Source: Candidatus Latescibacterota bacterium | GTDB taxonomy: Bacteria; Latescibacterota; UBA2968; GCA-2709665 | Assembly: GCA_965116875.1 (NCBI GenBank) | Contig: OZ220733.1 | Location: 5,344,001-5,408,000 of the forward strand | DNA: 64,000 bases | Direction: 5' to 3' | Shown here: in pieces, positions 59,401 through 64,000 of the stretch | How positions within the stretch are numbered: position 1 is the stretch's first letter | Layout: every line of letters begins with the position of its first letter | Program-made: the position numbers and the translations under genes | Notes under the pieces: generated by a model | Told to the model about the DNA's origin: nothing | What the model saw: the letters and a program-made list of their open reading frames with translations, nothing else | The model's database searches: none

Positions 59401-59760
59401 CCCTCCACCGCATCAGCCGTCGCCGGCCCGTTCGACCCTTCGACAATCCTTCAACATTTCGACGAGCTCAAAGCAAGCGGGCTTGCTTCGACAGGCTCAC
59501 TTCGGCAAGCTCAGTGCAGGAAGCACAAGCAGGACAGCGGCTCCGGGTCCGCAGGTTCAGGGCAGGTTATCGGTCTCCTGACAGCGGCTTAATGACGTCC
59601 AATGAACCAAATAACGCGTGGTCATTGAGCATGCCTGCATTGAGCTTGTCGAAATGTCGAAATGCCCGCTATGTAACAGCCATTCGACGGAACTCTGGGC
59701 GGCGCCTTCGACCCTTCGCCGGGCCCTTCGACAAGCTCAGGGACCGGCTCGGCTTCTGCC
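59401..59760. repeat. Composite repeat with a six-unit nest of 23-nt hairpin units (family A)
   Basis: 59428-59566 parses into six units; second nest at 59623-59664; single hairpin near 59725-59743; ends match 7225-7440 and 40310-40590. Confidence 0.9.
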
Positions 59761-59922
59761 TGCCTCGCATGCTTCAGCAGACAGGCGACTCCCCTATGGT
59801 GAGTGATTGGACCGTTCATCCGATGGGCTTTTGATTCAAGCCGAATGCTGAGAGCTGACGGCAGATCGCTGTTTTTCCTGATTCCGGTCGGCCCAGCTTT
59901 GGGAATCGATCTACCTGACGTA

Positions 59923-60567
59923 CTACGGCCATTTGTAGTGCCGTATCTTCGGATCGCGGTACCTCGCCCGCGTATCCCACCACATTGCGATGCCGATGCC
60001 GCCTTCGTCGTACCTGGCATCGGTCACCTGGTTGACGAGCCTTCCGTCGATATAGGTGGTCAACGAACGGTGTCGCGCCGAGATGATGACGTGGTACTCT
60101 CGGCCCTTCTCCAGAGCGTAGTTGACGACACTGAGCTTGGTGACGCCGTGGATGCCCGGCTCGCGCAACGTGACGTTCATGGTTTGCCAGGCATAATCGA
60201 ATTCAACGAAGTAGAAGCCCTTTCTGTCGTCGGTGACGCGGAAGGGGAACTGCATGCACGAGCCCTTTTCCAGCGTCACGAAAAGCGAAACCTCGTAGTT
60301 CCTCCAGCCGGAATCACCCTGAAAAATATGGGACTTGCGTTTGCCGTCCAGCTGACCGAGAATGGCGTCTCCATCGCGAGACCACCCTCCGGAGGACGCG
60401 GTCGCCAGCCAGCCTTCCAGGCCCTTGCCCTGAAGAAGCGATCGCCAGGGGATGATCAGCCCGTCAGGACGGCTCCGGCCATAGTCGGAGTCGACGCCGC
60501 CGGAACCCGCGTTGACCGTCGATACCGCGAAACGAAGCGTGAGCAAGCAAACCAGGGGGAATTTCAT
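59923..60567 (-). CDS. DUF1080 (3-keto-disaccharide hydrolase-like) domain protein, secreted
   Basis: WRSLLQGKGLEGW...W.NY...TYIDGRLV...GGIGI. Confidence 0.7.
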   Translation of the reverse strand: MKFPLVCLLTLRFAVSTVNAGSGGVDSDYGRSRPDGLIIPWRSLLQGKGLEGWLATASSGGWSRDGDAILGQLDGKRKSHIFQGDSGWRNYEVSLFVTLEKGSCMQFPFRVTDDRKGFYFVEFDYAWQTMNVTLREPGIHGVTKLSVVNYALEKGREYHVIISARHRSLTTYIDGRLVNQVTDARYDEGGIGIAMWWDTRARYRDPKIRHYKWP

Positions 60568-63500
60568 GTCGCCGTCCTATGACGATGTGATGGCATGTTT
60601 TCGGCGTTACGGCGCGTCGCGATGACTGCGTATGCGACGGGAGTGAGGCCCAGGAGGATCATCAGGATGCCGTTGAGCTTCCATATGTCGGCATCGAATT
60701 CAAGGTACCAAGAACCCACAAACAGAATGGAACTCCAGCCGTTGACGACGTAAAAGAGCAGGTTGAAGCGGATATACTTCACAATGAGGTACGCCGAGAT
60801 CAGCCAGATTGGACCCTTCGTCGCGAGTAGTTCGCCCGCGTGGTCGAGGTCATTGGCCGGCGAGACCACGGACTGGAAGATGAGAACGACGAAGACACCG
60901 AGAACCATCAGGCTTGTCCTGCCCAGCACCCGCCACCAGACGAAAAGAAGACCAAGGACCCCAATGGGGCCGATGAGCATACCGCTGAATTCGTCAACAA
61001 ACTCACCGAACGCGGGCAGGTAGGTATTGACGTTTGCAGGCACGCCGCCTCTTGTGCCCGGGTGGTACGAAAGAATGTTGAGACGCACGTAAGAGGCAAG
61101 AGCGCCGGCGCCTTCCGTGATACCGGAATAGCACGCCACCAGAAAGACGACCTGCCACCACAACGTCGCGCTGCCCGCCTTCAGGCGGAACACGTCGATC
61201 CATTCGGAGATGCGCATTTCTCCGGGACGCTCGGTTCGAAACAGCGTATCTCCGAGGGCGCAGATCAACAGGGCGAAGACGGTCGCAAACACGAAGCCCG
61301 GAACAACGTCGACAAGCTTGCCAAGGAGGAAGGTACCCATAGCCTGGCTTGTGTCAAAACCCCTGTAGAATGTGGGCAGTTCGTTGAGGCCCTCGAGTAT
61401 GGAGCACACGCCAAAGAGGATGCCGAAACAGATGGGCAATCGCCACTCGATCAGACCGTTCCGATAGGCGCGCAGCAGGTAAATCACGGCCAGAACGAAG
61501 GTTACGATAAGGGCGATAGTGCGGATAGTGGAGACAATGGTGCTCTTTGCAGTCTTCTCTCTCTGTTTGCGCATGAATTCTTCAGGCGCCTTGTAGGCCT
61601 TATACGCAAGGCCGATCCGGTCGCCCTGTACAGAGGCGACGATGCGAAACTCGCCCTCTTCCACCTTAATGTCCGTGCGTTCCCACACAAAGCGGTGGTC
61701 CATCCGGTTTTCGCGCTTGAAAGACCGCGCTTCGAGACGCTTGTAGAGCGTCGTATCGGTTACATCCCGGTTCAGATGTCGGCGCAGAAAGGCTTCCGCC
61801 ACTTCCTGCGCTTCTTCAATGGCGAGTTCCGCACCCTCCTGGCCTTCCGGTACTGCATGCGAGATGTAGGAGAGGCCGCCGTTGCCATCAACGCTGATGG
61901 TGAGTTCCTCCTTTTCAAGAGGCTTGAACCATCGCACAATCCATCGCCATGAGTTCGTGTGCACCGCCGCAAGCGTATCCGCCCTCCCGACGTCAACGTT
62001 TCGCAGCAGGTGTTTAAAGTGTTTGGAACCGAGACTGCTTGAGAATCTGGTGGTGCGGCGATAGCCTTCGAGTTCGATTCCGAGTTGCTCCCGAAATCCT
62101 TCGGCTAACTCGTTGGCCTGCGCTCGCGTGGGGACTTCCTCTCGTGCGTATTCAGCAAAATCCCGCGTTTCGAAAGCGAAATAAGCGAACCAGCCCGATA
62201 GTCCGAGGACGCCAAAGACGAGGAGGCCCCTGCATGAGATGAGGTAGTCAGAGGGCCTCTTGCGTTCGATCGGAGGTTCAGGCGGCTCCGGGGGACGGTC
62301 AGACGACGCGGGTGCGGCCTCTGACGCCTCCGGGGCGGGTTCACGGGGCCGGTCATCGTAACGGCCGCGGACGGCGCTCCAGATGGCCGGAAGGGCTGGG
62401 ATGGAGATGATGGCGACTGCGAGAATGCCCGATACCTTGAAATAGAGGCTGTCGGACTGAAGCATGGGATAGACGCCAAGGAAGCAGTTATACACGTAGT
62501 GGGAAATGATGGTCGCCCAGACACCGAAGCGCAGGAAGACCATGCCGAGGACGACTCCCACTATGGTCAGTTCCAGGCCTCGGATGTAGATGGGTTCCTG
62601 CGGATAGCCGGCGTGGAGGAAGGCCCACACCACAGCGGGAACAAGAACGGCCAACCAGCTTCTCTTGAACCAGCGAAGGAGGAGGGAAATAGCCACCAAC
62701 CGGAAGAGGAACTCCTCGAACGTGGCCGCCGCCAGACCCGTCAGGAGGGGATATATCCAGGGCAGGTACGTGCTGTAGGCATTGCTGTATTGGGTCATGG
62801 TGGCGGGCGACCAGACCCCGAAGGAATCGTGGCCCAGAATGTAGAAGAGGGTCACGTAACCCAGGTGCGCGAACGCCAAGCCGTAACCGACAAGGGTGAC
62901 GCGTGCAAAACCCGCCGACCGCCAGCGCCGCAGAGCAACCCGCTCTAAGGGATTACGCCAGCCTCTAATGTCCTGTGCCGCGGCGCCGCCTGCCGTGCCG
63001 CACACGGCAACGACGAACGCCATTACCGCGGCGCCGAAGAGACCGTTGAAGATGAAGTCGAGAATAAAGGAGTCGAAGGACTCCATGGTGTCGTATCCGA
63101 ACAGATTGATCGGATAACTGTTGACGGATCCGAGCAGGGTGGCGGCGCCCACGAGGATGCCGATAGATACAGCGACGCGCCACGTGAGTGCGCGCTGCCG
63201 GTACTTGCGCACCAGGACGACGACCATAACAAGACCCAGGGCGAGAGCGAACCCCCGGGCGACCTTAGCGAGCAGACCGGCGCGAGAGCGGGTCTCGCGG
63301 TAGTCGCGCGAGAAGGTTTCGGGGACCTTGACGTATTCGTAGAAGCTACCCACCCGGTCTCCCTGGACCCCGACGTACAGGCGGTAGTGTCCATCATCCC
63401 CGACGATAAAATCCCGCTTGCGGTAGGCAAATGTGTGATCCCTCCGCTTGGGGCGGTCGATGCTGGAGGCCTCGATGGGTTCGTAATCGTCGAGTGAGAA

Positions 63501-63974
63501 CCCCTGAAGGTCAATGAGGAAGGCCTCGGCGATGTGCCGGGCATCCTCTTCTGTCAGGTTGGCGCCTTCCACGGACTCGAGGATGCTGTGGCTGAACCCG
63601 ACGACCCGTCCGCCGGGATCGATGCGAACGCGGAGTTCTTCCTTCTGCAGCGGCTTGAAATAGCGGATTCGCCAATACCATACCGAGACCCAATCCCTTA
63701 CGAGTCGGTTGGCCTCGGCCAGGCCCAGGGTGCGTTCAAGGAAGATCTGGGGAAGAGGCGCATAGGAGAAGACTTGAGCGCTCTCGTATTCGGTGAGGTC
63801 GTAGCCGAGGTCATGAAGATATGCTTCGGCAGACTGAAAAGCCTGTTCGCGGTCTACACGAAAGTTAAGCGAGGCAACGGGAAAGGCCCGGTCAAAGAAA
63901 TGAACGTAACATGCGAGACCGAGTACGCCCAGGATCAGGAAAGAAAAAATCCACACAGCATCGCGTCGGTTCAT
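60564..63974 (-). CDS. Large CPBP (CAAX protease/Abi) intramembrane metalloprotease with internal duplication
   Basis: EEFLFR, WAFLH, HYVYN motifs; two homologous extracytoplasmic domains. Confidence 0.88.
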   Translation of the reverse strand: MNRRDAVWIFSFLILGVLGLACYVHFFDRAFPVASLNFRVDREQAFQSAEAYLHDLGYDLTEYESAQVFSYAPLPQIFLERTLGLAEANRLVRDWVSVWYWRIRYFKPLQKEELRVRIDPGGRVVGFSHSILESVEGANLTEEDARHIAEAFLIDLQGFSLDDYEPIEASSIDRPKRRDHTFAYRKRDFIVGDDGHYRLYVGVQGDRVGSFYEYVKVPETFSRDYRETRSRAGLLAKVARGFALALGLVMVVVLVRKYRQRALTWRVAVSIGILVGAATLLGSVNSYPINLFGYDTMESFDSFILDFIFNGLFGAAVMAFVVAVCGTAGGAAAQDIRGWRNPLERVALRRWRSAGFARVTLVGYGLAFAHLGYVTLFYILGHDSFGVWSPATMTQYSNAYSTYLPWIYPLLTGLAAATFEEFLFRLVAISLLLRWFKRSWLAVLVPAVVWAFLHAGYPQEPIYIRGLELTIVGVVLGMVFLRFGVWATIISHYVYNCFLGVYPMLQSDSLYFKVSGILAVAIISIPALPAIWSAVRGRYDDRPREPAPEASEAAPASSDRPPEPPEPPIERKRPSDYLISCRGLLVFGVLGLSGWFAYFAFETRDFAEYAREEVPTRAQANELAEGFREQLGIELEGYRRTTRFSSSLGSKHFKHLLRNVDVGRADTLAAVHTNSWRWIVRWFKPLEKEELTISVDGNGGLSYISHAVPEGQEGAELAIEEAQEVAEAFLRRHLNRDVTDTTLYKRLEARSFKRENRMDHRFVWERTDIKVEEGEFRIVASVQGDRIGLAYKAYKAPEEFMRKQREKTAKSTIVSTIRTIALIVTFVLAVIYLLRAYRNGLIEWRLPICFGILFGVCSILEGLNELPTFYRGFDTSQAMGTFLLGKLVDVVPGFVFATVFALLICALGDTLFRTERPGEMRISEWIDVFRLKAGSATLWWQVVFLVACYSGITEGAGALASYVRLNILSYHPGTRGGVPANVNTYLPAFGEFVDEFSGMLIGPIGVLGLLFVWWRVLGRTSLMVLGVFVVLIFQSVVSPANDLDHAGELLATKGPIWLISAYLIVKYIRFNLLFYVVNGWSSILFVGSWYLEFDADIWKLNGILMILLGLTPVAYAVIATRRNAENMPSHRHRTAT

Positions 63975-64000
63975 GGTGTCACCCGCTTGCTGCCGATAGT

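Noticed and set aside
59401-59760. CRISPR array interpretation of the cttcgacaagctcag repeats
   Set aside because: Units are nested and variable, with no regular unique spacers and no cas genes
1-64000. Complete integron, prophage, rRNA or tRNA genes
   Set aside because: No tyrosine recombinase, canonical attC series, phage genes or recognisable stable-RNA sequence seen

Overview
Bacterial accessory region (GC-rich by eye; organism not identifiable from this sequence). About 57 of 59 host genes lie on the minus strand. They form a long run of short, unrelated modification/detoxification genes: 5 VOC, 3 GNAT, AAC(3), 4 APH-like kinases, 3 nucleotidyltransferases, 3 SAM methyltransferases, 2 NUDIX, 2 sulfotransferases, HAD, RidA, nitrilase, SDR, an atypical Sir2, HNH, and Doc and HicBA toxin-antitoxin modules. 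Three IS elements can be delimited by their ends and target duplications. One IS1380 splits an ECF sigma gene. A DDE (IS1182/IS5-like) element splits a methionine aminopeptidase gene and itself carries a nested IS1380. The intergenic DNA holds at least five non-coding repeat families. The most striking is a 23-nt unit (4-nt foot plus 19-nt covarying hairpin) that appears to insert into copies of itself without target duplication, giving nests of up to six units. A second is a ~200-bp element with short terminal inverted repeats, one copy of which has split a hicB-hicA overlap. No rRNA, tRNA, CRISPR array or integron integrase was seen. All protein calls come from motif recognition by eye, not database searches.
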